DNA of 64,000 nucleotides, from the NCBI RefSeq assembly GCF_001194135.2, contig NC_068981.1:43732017-43796016 (forward strand). The letters run 5' to 3'. Under the pieces are notes generated by a model. The model made no database searches. It was not told the DNA's origin and saw only the letters and a program-made list of their open reading frames with translations. The position numbers and the translations under genes were made by a program. This DNA is from Octopus bimaculoides (taxonomy: Eukaryota). Below are positions 39,741 through 52,145 of this stretch, piece after piece; positions within the stretch are counted from its first letter, which is position 1, and every line of letters begins with the position of its first letter.

Positions 39741-39745
<5 letters not shown>
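38290..39745 (+). mobile_element. RTE LINE central fragment (RT domain), degenerate
   Basis: AFVDLEKAFDRVPR, GVHQGLVLSP, PWELLYADDLTLIAES, LYDACVRTAMLHGGETWA. Many stops and frameshifts; both ends abut microsatellites. Confidence 0.95.
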
Positions 39746-39779
<34 letters not shown>

Positions 39780-40023
39780 ATTTTTCATAGAAATTCTTAT
39801 CTTTCTTCTGGTACCTTAAGGAAAAAAAAAGAATGCTTTGAGTGATGACCACTCCTAATTTCATTATTTTCCCCATCCTAAAAGAGGTTACCATCCTTGA
39901 ACTTATGTTTCATGCTAGTAGCTATACAATGGTAAAAAAACAAAATAAATAATTAGATGGCAAAAAACATTCCAAATTGGAAAGAAATCCCTTCCCTCCC
40001 TCTCTCTACATATCTATCTGTTC

Positions 40024-40067
<44 letters not shown>

Positions 40068-40473
40068 GTCTCCCATTCACCTGGAACCTCACCCCACCAA
40101 AAAGCACAAAAAAAACAATGTTCTCCTCTTCTAAATAAAAAAAAAACAAAGAAAAACCAAAACAAAAAACACCTGATATATATATAAATGTACAGCCTGT
40201 TTGCACATTCACTATTTTATTTGACAACTTTGAAAGTGCTAATGGAAGCTTTAATAATAATGACTAAAGAGAAAAATTCTTTTTCCAAAATTCCGACGAC
40301 CACCTCTTTTCTCAATATTCAGTATCTGTACACCACTTCTAGCACTCTGTACATACACGCACACAAACACACGCACATTTATGTATGCATATTTGTGTGT
40401 AAGTGTGTGTGTGTGTGTGCATACATATATACATATATCTATGTCTTACTATCTATCTCTATATATGTATATA

Positions 40474-41822
40474 CTCTGCATCCTACATTATTAGGCAAAT
40501 AAACCTTCTCTCAATAAACAAATGTATATTCGTTCAAAATTAGTTGTTTCCCACTGACTGTGGCAACACCAAATCTGCACACATTCTGTTAAAATAAACC
40601 AGATCTGTGCAGACGCTAATATATGGTGGTCATTTTTGTGATTGGGCAGCATTTTCACCATCACAAATTAATAGGAATGTATAATGGAAATGGTAATTGT
40701 GTCAGAACAAATGTTTATTTAATTCAATAATTATTCATAAAGGACTTAATGGTAAACATAATGATAAGTTCATATGAAAATAATCATGGGATTATGATGC
40801 CATAAAGCTCCTAATGTTTGATGCATGATCCTCCACATGCAGTAACCTTTCTTATGCCCTGATCTATTGAATTTGTCAAGATGATGATATCCTCTTGTGT
40901 CATGCTTTGAGCAGCATTTACAATAGCATTCCAGAGGGCAACTTTTCTAGAAAACTGCTATCCATCTTGGTAAACATGCCTCTTCAGGATACCCTATACG
41001 TTCTTGATTGGGTTAAAGTCAGGAGAACAAGGTGGCCACTCCATCAAGCGACCTCCAGAGAAGCCTATTTGCTGCAGGTATTCCTTAGAATTCTTTGCTG
41101 CATGAGACAGGGCATTATCTTGCATGAAGACCAGCTTTCTCTTGAATGATAGTTTTTGCTTTTTGAACCACAGTTGGAAATCTTTCTTTAAGAAGGTAAT
41201 ATATGTTTTCGATGTCATCTTAGTGCCATATGGGACTTTCCATGGCCTGACCATCATACCACCAACAATGTCAGCCCTAAACATGACCCACCTCCCCCCC
41301 TGTTGGTGTTTCAAATGATGAGGACGGTTCATGCTGGTTGATACCCAACCTTTGTTCCAACCATCTGGTCTGTCAAGGGTAACACAGCATTTGTAGTGAA
41401 TAGAACTGTTGAAAAACGTATCTTCACGTAGTCTTCTGCCCATTTCAGTCTCTTCTGTATATGAACAGCCTATAGAGGGGGCCTTGTAGCAAGTTTAACA
41501 TTCATGGCTACCTGCTTCAAGAGGTGACCCCTGGTAGTTTTCGATGTCTTCCCTGCCATGTCTTTAGAAGACTTCTCTACTTGAAAGACATGGGTTCTGC
41601 ATGACTTTCCTTTTTACATATGACAAATTATTATTTGAAGCAACCCTCGACTTATCCTTATCTACCCTCGACCAGACAGAAATAGGAGACTGCACAAATA
41701 TCTTCACTGTTTGGTGATCCCTTCCCAGTACTTTTGATATTTCTATGGTTGTTTTTCTTTTTCCAAGCTCTGACATGATGGTAGACTTCTCATTCGAGGT
41801 AAGATCCCGTTTCTAACCCATA
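40474..41822 (-). mobile_element. Tc1-family transposon relic (transposase pseudogene, one TIR)
   Basis: TA followed by a TIR-like ctctgcatcctacattattaggcaaat. MG*KRDLTSNEKSTIMSELGKRKTTIEISKVLGRDHQTVK (HTH), TLDRPDGW, FMQDNALSH, WPPCSPDFNPIKNV. Confidence 0.92.
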
Positions 41823-41825
41823 TAT

Positions 41826-41945
41826 ATGTATCTCTTTCTGTCAAAGTGTGTAGGTTTCAAATGTCAAAGACTTTTCCATTCTTTCCAAGAGTCAAACCAA
41901 TACACCTGTTTGTTGTTCCTTCACCTGTTTCCGTCTTTTGTTTTT

Positions 41946-41948
<3 letters not shown>
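41826..41948 (+). mobile_element. Degenerate PLE-type terminal remnant
   Basis: ctttctgtcaaagtgtgtaggtttcaaatgtcaaagactt is homologous to the minus-strand remnant at 46352-46505. TA flanks. Confidence 0.55.
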
Positions 41949-42009
<61 letters not shown>

Positions 42010-42407
42010 ATTATAAAATTTCTTCAGAAAAGCATAGACAACATATATCAATCTATCTATCTATATATATATAATATATATGTATGTTGAAGACACTGCT
42101 AAAGGCATCTGCTATTGGTGAATTGTTTATGTCACTTATTATCTAAAATATATTCTCTGTTCTCATTGTTTTAGACACTATTTTTATGAAGAAAGTTTAA
42201 ACAATTAAAAGTAATATAATCTTGCTTTAACATAATATCAAAATTTAGTCATGAGATCTTATTCCAAAATTTCAGCTGCACATCACACACAAAATCAAAA
42301 ATATAGCCATTGTATTCGGGAAAAAATAACTTTACATCATCTTAAATCCCCACAACCATTTAGACTGGACATGGACAAAAATATGTAACAGAAAATTAAA
42401 TTTACGA

Positions 42408-42824
42408 GGTGCAGGAGTGGCTGCGTGGTAAGTAGCTTGCTCACCAACCACATGGTTCTGGATTCAGTCCCACTGCGTGGCACCTTGGGCAAGTGTCTTC
42501 TACTATAGCCTCGAGCCGACCAAAGCCTTGTGAGTGGATTTGGTAGATGGAAACTGAAAGAAGCCCATCGTATATATGTATACATATGTATGAATGAATG
42601 TGTGTGTATTTGTTTGTGTGTCTGTGTTTGTCCCCCCAACATCACTTGACAATCGATGCTAGTGTGTTTACGTCCCCGTAACTTAGCGGTTCGGCAAAAG
42701 AGACCTATAGAATAATTACTAGGCTTGCAAAGAATAAGTCCTGGGGTTGATTTGCTCGACTAAAGGTGGTGCTCCAGCATGGCCACAGTCAAATGAGTGA
42801 AACAAGTAAAAGAGTAAAAGAGTA
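42408..42824 (+). mobile_element. Full-length, little-diverged SINE family A
   Basis: ggtgcaggagtggctgcgtggtaag A-box region, ggattcagtccc B-box, CORE-like caccttgggcaagtgtctt, tail (agtaaaag)n. Confidence 0.92.
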
Positions 42825-42889
42825 ACAGAAAAGGTTATGCTATCAGAGTCACCTAGAAAACTCATTGTTTTGTAACTATATTCAAATAG

Positions 42890-43052
42890 GTGCAGGCATG
42901 ACTGTTTGGTAAGAAGCTTGTTCCTCAACCACACGATTCTGCGTTCAATCCCACAGTGTGGCATCTTGGGCAAGCATCTTCTTCTATAGCCTTTGGACTG
43001 ATCAAAGTCTTGTGAGTGGATTTGGTAGACAGAAACTGAAAGAAGCCCATCG

Positions 43053-43085
<33 letters not shown>

Positions 43086-43300
43086 GTGTGCATAACTTTG
43101 TGTCTGTGTTTGTCCCTTCCTCCATCGCTTGACAACTGATGTTGGTGTGTGTACATGCCCGTGACTTAGCGGTTCAGCAGAAGGAACTAATGGAATAATT
43201 ACTCGGGTTACAAAGAATAAGTTTTGAGGTTGATTTCTTCAACTAAAACCCCTTAAGGTGGTGTTCCAGCATGTCTGCAGTCAAATGACTGAAACATGTA
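42890..43300 (+). mobile_element. SINE family A
   Basis: Same architecture as 42408-42824, more diverged. Confidence 0.88.
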
Positions 43301-43309
43301 GAAGAATAA

Positions 43310-43530
43310 ATATTGGTTTCAAATTTTGGCACAAGGCCAGCTATTTAGGGGGAGGGATCAAGTCAGTTACATTCACCCTAGTGTTCAACCAGTACTTATT
43401 TTATCAACCTCAAAAGACTGAAAGGCAAAGTCATCCTTGGCGGAGTTTGAACTCAGAATGTAAAGATGGATGATATGACACAAAGCTTTCTGCCTGGTGT
43501 GCTAGCAATTCTTCCAGGTTGCTGCCTTTT
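43310..43530 (-). mobile_element. SINE family B
   Basis: gaaaggcaaagtc..cttggcggagtttgaactcagaatg. Confidence 0.8.
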
Positions 43531-43574
43531 ACCATATGCTAATATTAGCAAACAAAATATGCCCAATCATGAGG

Positions 43575-43862
43575 TAATGGGTTCAATTCTCATACTGGGT
43601 TGTGTGTTGTGTTCTTGAGCAAAGCACTTTATTTCACATTGCTTCAGTTCACTCAGCTGTAGAAATGAGTTGCGACGTTACTGGTACCAACTTGTATCAG
43701 CCTTTGCCTTTCCCTTGGATAACATTGGTGACATGGAGAGGGGAGACTTGTATGGGTGACTGTTGGTTTCCCATAAACAATTTTACCTGGACTTGTACCT
43801 TGGAGGCTAACTTTCTAGGTGGAATCCTATGGTCATTCATGACTGAAGGGGTTTTTTATTTT
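43575..43862 (+). mobile_element. SINE family C
   Basis: gggttcaattct B-box, cttgagcaaagcactttatttcacattgcttcagttcactcagctg body. Confidence 0.7.
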
Positions 43863-44234
43863 GCTTACCAACCACATGGTTCCAGGTTCAGTCCCACTGC
43901 GTGGCACCTTGGGCAAGTGTCTACTATAGCCTCGGGCCGACCAAAGCCTTGTGAGTGGATTTTTGGTAGATGGAAACCGAAAGAAGCCCATCGTATATAT
44001 ATGTATAAGTATATATATGCGTGTTTGTGTCTGTGTTTGTCCCCACCAGCATCGTTTGACAACCGATGCTGGTGTGTTTACGTCCCCGTAACTTAGCAGT
44101 TCGGCAAAAGAGACCGATAGAATAAGTACTATGCTTACAAAGAATAAGTCCTGGGGTCCACATGCTCGACTAAAGGTGGTGCTCCAGCATGGCCACAGTC
44201 AAATGACTAAAACAAGTAAAAGAGTAAAAGAGTA
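43862..44234 (+). mobile_element. Young, slightly 5'-truncated SINE family A
   Basis: Nearly identical to 42408-42824 along its length. Confidence 0.92.
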
Positions 44235-44947
44235 TCCTGAGAAGTGATAATTTACAAAACTTAATATGGAAGTAGAGAATATTCTTTAATGCATTAAATG
44301 TAATAGGCTCTGAATTCCAGTACTCCAAGTTACATGTTTCAGATCCTTCAGCTGGTAATCCAATCCTGTTTTCTCTTGAAATATCTGTTGTTTGAATGTT
44401 TTTTGAAATGTTATATGAAGGTTAAGAAGGAAATGCTTATCTTCATGCTTTTTGTAAGCAACACGTGCAAAAACGACTATTTAAATCTCTTGCTTTTAAT
44501 TTCATTGCTGACTCTTGTGGGAATACTCCAAATGTCTTAAACTTCATAGAAGCAAGGTCATGCTAATAATTTTTCTCATGAACTTGTGTTGTTTAAGTAA
44601 TATTTTAAGTAATATAAAATCAATGTATATGTGTTTTTTTGCATGTATATGTGTATATACATAACATATATATAAACATAACATATATACATGTGTGTGT
44701 GTGTGTGTGTGTGTTTGTGTGTTTGTGTGTGTGTGTGTGTGTGTGTTTGTGTGTGTGCATGTGCGCGCACGCGCGTGCATGTGTATTTCTATATATTCAT
44801 ATATACATATATATATATCCATGCATATGCATTCGTTCATACACACATACACACGTATATATATATGTACTGTGGTAAGTAACTCTTACAAAAGTTGTGC
44901 TGTTGCATTCTTGGTGGAAACATTAGCGAATCTCCTTGAATGTCTAA

Positions 44948-45450
44948 CTAGTACTTAATTTATCAACCCCAAAAAGATGAAAGGCAAAGTCGACCTTGGC
45001 AGAACTTGAACTCAGAACATAGCGACAGGCGAAATACCACCAAGAATTTCATCCAGTCTGCTAACGATTCTGCTAGCTCACTGCCATATTTAATAATAAT
45101 AATAATCCTTTCTACTATAGGCCTGGAATTTGGAGGGGGCAGGGATTGTTGATTACATCAATTCTAGTACACAATTGGTACTCATTTTATTGACTTGAAA
45201 GGGATGAAAGGTAAAATTAACCTTGGTTTAATTTGAACTCAGAATGTAAAGAGAAGACGAAATATCATTTAGCATTTTGCTCAACAGGCTAATGATTTTG
45301 CCAGCTCGCCACCAATAGTAATAATAAGTATTTCTAATTTAGGCACAAAAGCAGCAATCGTGAGGGGTGGATGTTAGTTGATACCCTTGTAAGTGAGTGG
45401 TACTTTTTTATCAACTCTGGAGGGATGAATGGTAAAGTTGACCTAAAATA
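44948..45450 (-). mobile_element. Three consecutive SINE family B copies or fragments
   Basis: Repeated gatgaaaggcaaagtcgacc and tttgaactcagaa motifs. Confidence 0.82.
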
Positions 45451-46351
45451 TAAATAATGATATAATGATAATTGTAATAGTATTCTTCATAATAGTTGGC
45501 ATAAAAATAAGAATAAAATAACCAAATAACACAAAATATGAAATTTAATAATAGTAGTACTGACAATAATTCTCAGCATGATGATAATTATTGCCAGTAC
45601 TATTATTATCTTTTCATGTTATTTCTCCATTATTCAGTTATTTTAATCTTATTTTCATTGTACTATTAGTATTAGTATCACAATTATCATTATTACTCTA
45701 ATTATCTTTATCGTTATTAATTATTTTCCAGCATGTTAATTACCACAACTTACCACAATGCTTAAATTAGCTACCCTCTCCCCTGCTTAGTTTCTGGTTC
45801 CATTCAATTATTATGTAATTCATTGCTCTTTTTTACCATTCTACATCCTCCTGTTTCTCATAGTTTTTCTTTTTATCCTTTCACTTTCTCCTCTCCTTCC
45901 AGTACCCGCATTTATTTTCTTTCCTCTTCTCTGTTTTCTCATTCTCCTTCACCTCCTCTTCTTTTTTCTCTCATCACTTCCCTCCAGACTGCTCTTTTTT
46001 CTTCCTCTTTTATAACAGTATGTATGAACATTGTCTGAAGTAAAATCAGTCTTCTCCGTAGAAATGAGTCGAAACATCTGGCCAAGTTATAAAGTAACAA
46101 TAATGAGTGTCTGCACGTGTGTGTGTGTGTGTGTGTGTGAAGGTAATTGATATAGTGGCTTGTATGTTAGACTCAGAATCATTAGGTCATGGCTTTGATT
46201 CTTGAATTGGAGAGCATCTTGTTTCAACTCTATGGAAACCAGAATAAGCTCCAGCTTAATGAGTTTATAGGCTCAAGTTGCATGTGTGTGTGTGCATGTG
46301 TGTATGTTTAGGTATGTATTTATATATATATATATATATATATATAGGGAG

Positions 46352-46505
46352 AATTCATGGAAAAACAACAGATGAAGACAGGTGGTGTAGACAACAAATG
46401 GATGTACTAGTATAACGCTCGGGAATAGAGAAAGTCTTTAATGTTTCAAGCCTACCCTCTTCAACATAAAGGAACACAGAAATAAACGAGGAGAGAAAAA
46501 AAATG
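46352..46505 (-). mobile_element. PLE-type terminal remnant with a degenerate hammerhead
   Basis: Minus strand ATGTTGA-AGAG-ggtagg-CTT-GAAAC at about 46443-46467; follows (TA)n. Confidence 0.55.
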
Positions 46506-46515
46506 TGTGTAGTGG

Positions 46516-46560
<45 letters not shown>

Positions 46561-46570
46561 NNNNNNNNNN

Positions 46571-46613
<43 letters not shown>

Positions 46614-46917
46614 GTATATGAATATATATTCACATGTATGTGTATAAACATCATCCTCATCCTCATCATGGTAATCATTACTTCAATATTTGATTGTTCT
46701 ATGTTATTAATTAAACAAATTGCAACATGGCAACTTATGACTTACCTCAATATTATGTCATCTCATCTGTGGAAATTGTCATAGTATGATCTGATCACAC
46801 CATTTCTTTATGTACAGTTCTTGATCTACTTCAGCCTTGGGTATATTTTTCTGTTAGTCCAATGTAGATATTTCACTCAGTATATTATATCAAATGTCCA
46901 TAGGTGTGCAGTCGTTT

Positions 46918-46953
<36 letters not shown>

Positions 46954-47539
46954 ACACTTGTGCTTTAGTTTCCCATGCTATTTAATATCTGGTATGCAAT
47001 TTATCATATTTGACTTAATTCTATCTCAGTCTCCAGATCCTCTACCTTTGTTTTCATGCCCTTCAGCAATGCTAATATTGTGCTCCCTATAAATGCTACA
47101 TATTGTCTGCTTTTGTGGAAGAATAATAAACTTTTTATTGCCAATATATTAAAGAGCTTCCTGAACTTTGTCCACCGTTTATACTATTCACTCATAATGT
47201 GAGGTGGGATCAGAAATTTTAATTTGAAATTAAGAAGTATGAAGAGGAAGACACATAGAGGTTCCTTACTGAATTTTTTTTTATCTATCTTCTATGAAGT
47301 TCTTATAATTTGTATTTCGTTTGGTTTGCAAGATTCTTATAATTTCTATTTCGTTTGGTTTGCAAGATTCTTTACGTGAATTTGTGTGTTAAAGCATATT
47401 TCATTGTATCTACAGAGAGTCATTCTCTTTCAGTGCCTCATTATTTAACACACACACTGGTTCAATTTCCATTCATTAAGTTATTTTTTCTAAAATTTTC
47501 ATTGTATCTTGCAACATTTTCAATAGTTGTTGATTTTAG

Positions 47540-47576
<37 letters not shown>

Positions 47577-47577
47577 A

Positions 47578-47820
47578 ACACCATTTGAGCATGGCTGATG
47601 CCAGTACCACCTGACTGGCCCTATTGCCGGAGGCACACAAAAGCACCCACTACACTCTCAGAGTGGTTGGCGTTAGGAAGGGCATCCAGCTGTAGAAACT
47701 CTGCCGGATCAGATTGGAGCCTGGTGCAGTCATCTGACTCACCAGTCCCCAGTCAAACCGTCCAACCCATGCCAGCATGGAAAGCAGACGTTAAACGATG
47801 ACGATGATGATGATGATGAT
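47578..47820 (+). mobile_element. RTE 3'-UTR fragment with (GAT)n tail
   Basis: gtggttggcgttaggaagggcatccagctgtagaaac...ggaaagcagacgttaaacgatg. Confidence 0.88.
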
Positions 47821-47827
47821 ATATATG

Positions 47828-48420
47828 TTTAAAAAATATATAGAAGAACAAATAGAACAAATGGAAAATACACACAGAATGTCACTAGCTCCTCTTCAGT
47901 TATTGTCCATAAGATTGCAGCTATTTCATGCCTTTAACAATAACATTGCTCCCCTTTGGTGGCATTAGCAATGAGATCCTACTAGGGAAAAGCAAGCACA
48001 CAAACAAGGGACCAAACAACAAAAACTGAACTTATAAAAACAAAAAATTAATTGTACTTTCAAGATGAGATGAATAGCAAATAGACAAGGGACAAAGATG
48101 ACTACAAACATTACAGAATGTGGACATATAAGCAAAATGAATTAAATAAACAGAATAAGGCCTTATGGTTCAGACATAAGATGAAAAATGAGTAATGCCA
48201 TGAAGGGTATCCTAAAGAATTGGAGGTGAAAGGAACAATGGAGGGACAACAAACCCTGTTGAAAGTGGGAGACAAGGGAAACCTGACTGGTTGCCTTGAC
48301 AATGAAGATGGAAAGGAAAGGGAAATGAGAGGTGATGATGATCATAGGTCATGTGTTAGTCTCTCTTTTGTCCCTTTCACTTCCAATCCTTTAGACTACC
48401 CTTCCTGGCATTACCCAAAT
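47828..48420 (-). mobile_element. Older PLE-type cassette with inverted tail and permuted hammerhead-like motif
   Basis: 47-bp inverted repeat at 48192-48238 and 48368-48414 (6 mismatches). Minus-strand GAAA...AUC...CTGAAGA at 47893-47927. Confidence 0.55.
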
Positions 48421-48424
48421 ACAT

Positions 48425-48660
48425 ATATTTATTTTTTTATTGCCCACAGGGGCCTGAGCATAGAGGGGACAAACAAGGACAGACAAAGGGATTAAGTCGA
48501 TTACATCAACCGCAGTACATAACTGGTACTTATTTAATTGACCCTGAAAGGATGAAAGGCAAAGTTGACCTCGGTGGAATTTGAACTCAGAACATAACGG
48601 CAGACTAAATACAACTAAGCATCTCACACGGCATACTGTTTCTGCCAGCTCACTGCCTTA
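48425..48660 (-). mobile_element. SINE family B
   Basis: gaaaggatgaaaggcaaagttgacctcggtggaatttgaactcagaac. Confidence 0.88.
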
Positions 48661-48775
48661 CCCACATACATATATTATAGGCATAAACTTTCTGTAAAAA
48701 ATTTCATTCATGATGAATATCTGAACTGAGATGAAAGTGCTAAATAAATATCAAAAAATTCTGACTACCTCTTTT

Positions 48776-48779
<4 letters not shown>

Positions 48780-48813
<34 letters not shown>

Positions 48814-49035
48814 CAACGGATATATAAGCATATGCATGTATACATACATATATGTACATACCTACATCTACATGTATATATAGATGCATATCTGGGTACA
48901 GGACGTTAGAAAAATGAACGGGGACATAAAAACAAAATGGTCTAAGTTTACAGACAACAGAAGGAACATATAGGAAAACAAACAAGCCACTTATGGAATT
49001 ATTCCTTCATTAGCTGCCTCTATTCTAAAACTAGG
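48780..49035 (-). mobile_element. PLE-type terminal remnant
   Basis: Minus strand gcagCTAATGAaggaataattcc, T-rich tail into (TA)n. Confidence 0.45.
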
Positions 49036-49264
49036 CGTTGTGGTAAAAATGCTTGCTTCCCAGCTATAGGGTTCTAGGTTCATTCCCACTGTTTGGTATC
49101 TTGGGCAAATATCTCCTACTGTAGCCTTGAGCTAACCAAAGACAGAAACTGAAAGAAGCTCATTGTATATGTATGTATATATATATATGTGTGTCTGCAT
49201 CTTCGTATGTTACTGTATCCTAGTCTTGACATCATGACAGTTGCAAATGAATATCACTGTGATA

Positions 49265-49545
49265 CAAGCAGTATTTCCATATTCTATGAAAACATGTCTG
49301 GTCACAAGGAAATGTTACCTTGCCTGGAAACAAGGTGAGGGTTGACCACAGGAATGACATCCAGATGCAGAAAATCTACCTCAACATATTCTGTCTGACC
49401 TGTGCACGCATGGAAGAGTGGACATAAAATGATGATGAAGATGAAGTTGAAGATGATGATGTTGGTGATTATGATGATGATGATGATGATGATGATGATG
49501 TCGGCGATGACGGTGATGCTGATGACGATGAAGGTGATGATGATG
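49265..49545 (+). mobile_element. RTE-type 3' tail with an expanded (GAT)n array
   Basis: gcatggaagagtggacataaaatgatgatg followed by about 110 bp of GAT-type triplets. Confidence 0.75.
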
Positions 49546-50411
49546 ATATACATGTGTATACATACACAAACTTACCACGCTACCCCCATTGTTGTCAATA
49601 ACATTATCATTCCCTAACTGCTATCTATTTGACACTTCATGATGTACTTTTAGTTTAAAAATTTTTCAAATATTTAATTTGCCTTAGGCATCTGAGCTTA
49701 TTTGTTTTCTCAAAACTTTCCACAGAAGAAATGAAAATACAAAAATTCAACTTTCTAAATATTTACAAAACACACACATATATATATATATATATATAGA
49801 AATAAAAAAAAAAAACAATTATATATAGGAAACCTTCAACAGAAGCATCTAAAAAATATTTTTGAAGGCAAAACTTGAGAAAAGATTTAAGCTAAAAACC
49901 AACATAGCATCAATCAATCTTTCTATGTTCCGTGATCTGTATTTACAGCAGATGTTATAATCCACTCACAAACTAAAAAAAAAAAGAAAAAATGTAATAA
50001 TGGAAATAAGTAAATAAAATAGATTAAAATAAGTTACCAAATTTTTTTTAAATGATGTAGAAACTATAGAAAAGTAAAAAAAAAAGAAAAACTTACGAAA
50101 ATTGATAAATAAACAAGTATATCAACAAAGAAGCAAACCAGGGAAATATTTGTGAATATTCTCATAATTAAATTTCTATTTCAATAGAAGTTTTGAAGAT
50201 AAATTGGTTATATCATGCAAATAATAATGGTTCAATGGAGGAACTAGTCCTGCATTTGACTTCTAATCACATTTCTATTTCTTTCTGCTCCTCCAAGATA
50301 AAACTTACTTGGCTTTTGATTATTTTCTAACTCACTTAAGTTATGAAGTGATTAGTAGCTACCAAATAAACATTAAAGAAAGTGTGTGTGTATGTGTGAG
50401 AGAGAGGGAAG

Positions 50412-50473
<62 letters not shown>

Positions 50474-51182
50474 AAGGGAAAAAGAGTAAACAAAGACAGG
50501 TGTGAGTATAGGTAATATATATTTAAGAAATCGCAAANNNNNNNNNNNNNNNNNNNNNNNNNNNNNNNNNNNNNNNNNNNNNNNNNATATATGTATGTAT
50601 CTACAGATACACACATACACTCACACACATGCATACATATCTATGTATACATATACATACATACATATATAAAAGTATGTTTATTCAATCACAGCTGGCT
50701 TGCTCACCTTTACTTGTTCTAATTATAAAAAGAAAACGAAAGTAACAAAATATTGTATATTTCAAGGAATTTCATGGTATTAAGACACAAGCTAAACCCC
50801 ATCTCTTGTTAGAAAGGTTGAAGAATAAATATCCCTTTAGGAAGTTTTGTAATTCTCTGTCAGTTACAGTCAACATCAAAATAAGGTCTTAGATTTGAAA
50901 TTTTTTTTTTATTTGAGTCAATGATAATTATCTATGTTAATAATTCATTTTTGAAATAGTGGATCATGAAGCCCATATAAAGCTATAAAAAATAGTAGCA
51001 TGTAGATATTGGATTGAAAAATCCTTTTAGATAGAAAATTCCAAAGGCTGTCCAAAAGAGGTTTCCACCCAATATTTACATGCTTCAAGATCCACTATTC
51101 CAAAAAAGAATTATTTCACTTTTTCTCAAAAGTTTATAAAATCAAATGTCAAAAATTTCTTTGATATTTTGATTTTGAGCAG

Positions 51183-51286
51183 ACATTGAGACTTATCAAA
51201 AGTGTTCTAGCCATAACTATCCTGTTCTTTACTTGGACATAGCATATCAAAAAAGTGATATTATCCAAAGTATCTCTATAATGCAA
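51183..51286 (+). CDS. Candidate internal exon (DIETYQKCSSHNYPVLYLDIAYQKSDIIQSISIMQ), product unknown
   Basis: ttttgattttgagcag acceptor, CAA|gtaagt donor, open over 104 nt in phase 1 to 0, not in a recognised repeat. Confidence 0.35.
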
Positions 51287-51429
51287 GTAAGTTCTAACTA
51301 TTTATCCTGGGAATAGACAATGAATTCCAGGGTGAAAAATGTGGGAGAGGATTGTAAAAGACAAAGGAGGAAGTTTGATGTAATTAATTCTTCCTCCGGT
51401 GTGACTGCAATAAAAACCTCTACTCTCAG

Positions 51430-51454
51430 TTAAAGCCGCTTATACTTTCAAATG
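51430..51454 (+). CDS. Candidate 25-nt microexon (LKPLILSN in phase 0)
   Basis: cctctactctcag acceptor, ATG|gtgagt donor, frame-compatible with 51183-51286. Confidence 0.25.
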
Positions 51455-51614
51455 GTGAGTATGTTGAATGAGAAGAGTAAGACTATGGAGAACAAAGAAA
51501 AGAGGATGGAGAAGAAAAATTTCCCAGTATAGATATTCTTTATTCCCAATCAATATTCAGTAGCACTCCATACGATAGACAGTAGGGTTACTAACACAGC
51601 AATCATCTTAGAGA

Positions 51615-51800
51615 ATAATGGTTTCAAATTTTGGCACATGTCCAGCAATATATTAGAGAAGGTGTAAGTTGATTACATCAACCCTGGTACTTGACTGGTA
51701 CTTATTTTATTGACCCCAGAATTTGAACTCAGAATATAAAGATGAAATGCACTTAAACATTTTGTCCTGCATGCTAACTATTTTTCCAGTTCACAGCCTT
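51615..51800 (-). mobile_element. SINE family B, degenerate
   Basis: gaatttgaactcagaatataaag and related motifs. Confidence 0.7.
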
Positions 51801-51984
51801 AAATCATTTTGAGTAATAATATAAGTAAATAGATATGATTTTTTACTCATAAATGCCTGGACAATACCTGCCAGTAGAACATTTATGCAACTTTGAAGGA
51901 TCTTATAGGCCAGAAAGTGCTATTTAACTCAGCAAAAAATTAAGTTTATAATGCAAAAAAAAAAACCTGGCATTTTTCTTGTCA

Positions 51985-52145
51985 TAGGCTTCAACTCAGT
52001 TTCTATTAATCAAACTTCACTCACAAGGCTTAAGCCAATTTATAGCCATGGTGGAAGAAGCTTACTCATGATGCTGCACAATGAGACTGAATCCCAAACC
52101 TGGTAAATGTGAAGTGAGCTTCTTAACCATGGAGCCATGCTTGTA
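51985..52145 (-). mobile_element. SINE family A 5' half, degenerate
   Basis: tcactcacaaggctt...gactgaatccc...cttcttaaccatggagccatgc. Confidence 0.65.

Noticed and set aside
49381-49617. His/Met/Ile-rich ORFs here and at 55746-55967 and 59471-59829
   Set aside because: Translations of (GAT/CAT)n triplet arrays, two of them at RTE tails.
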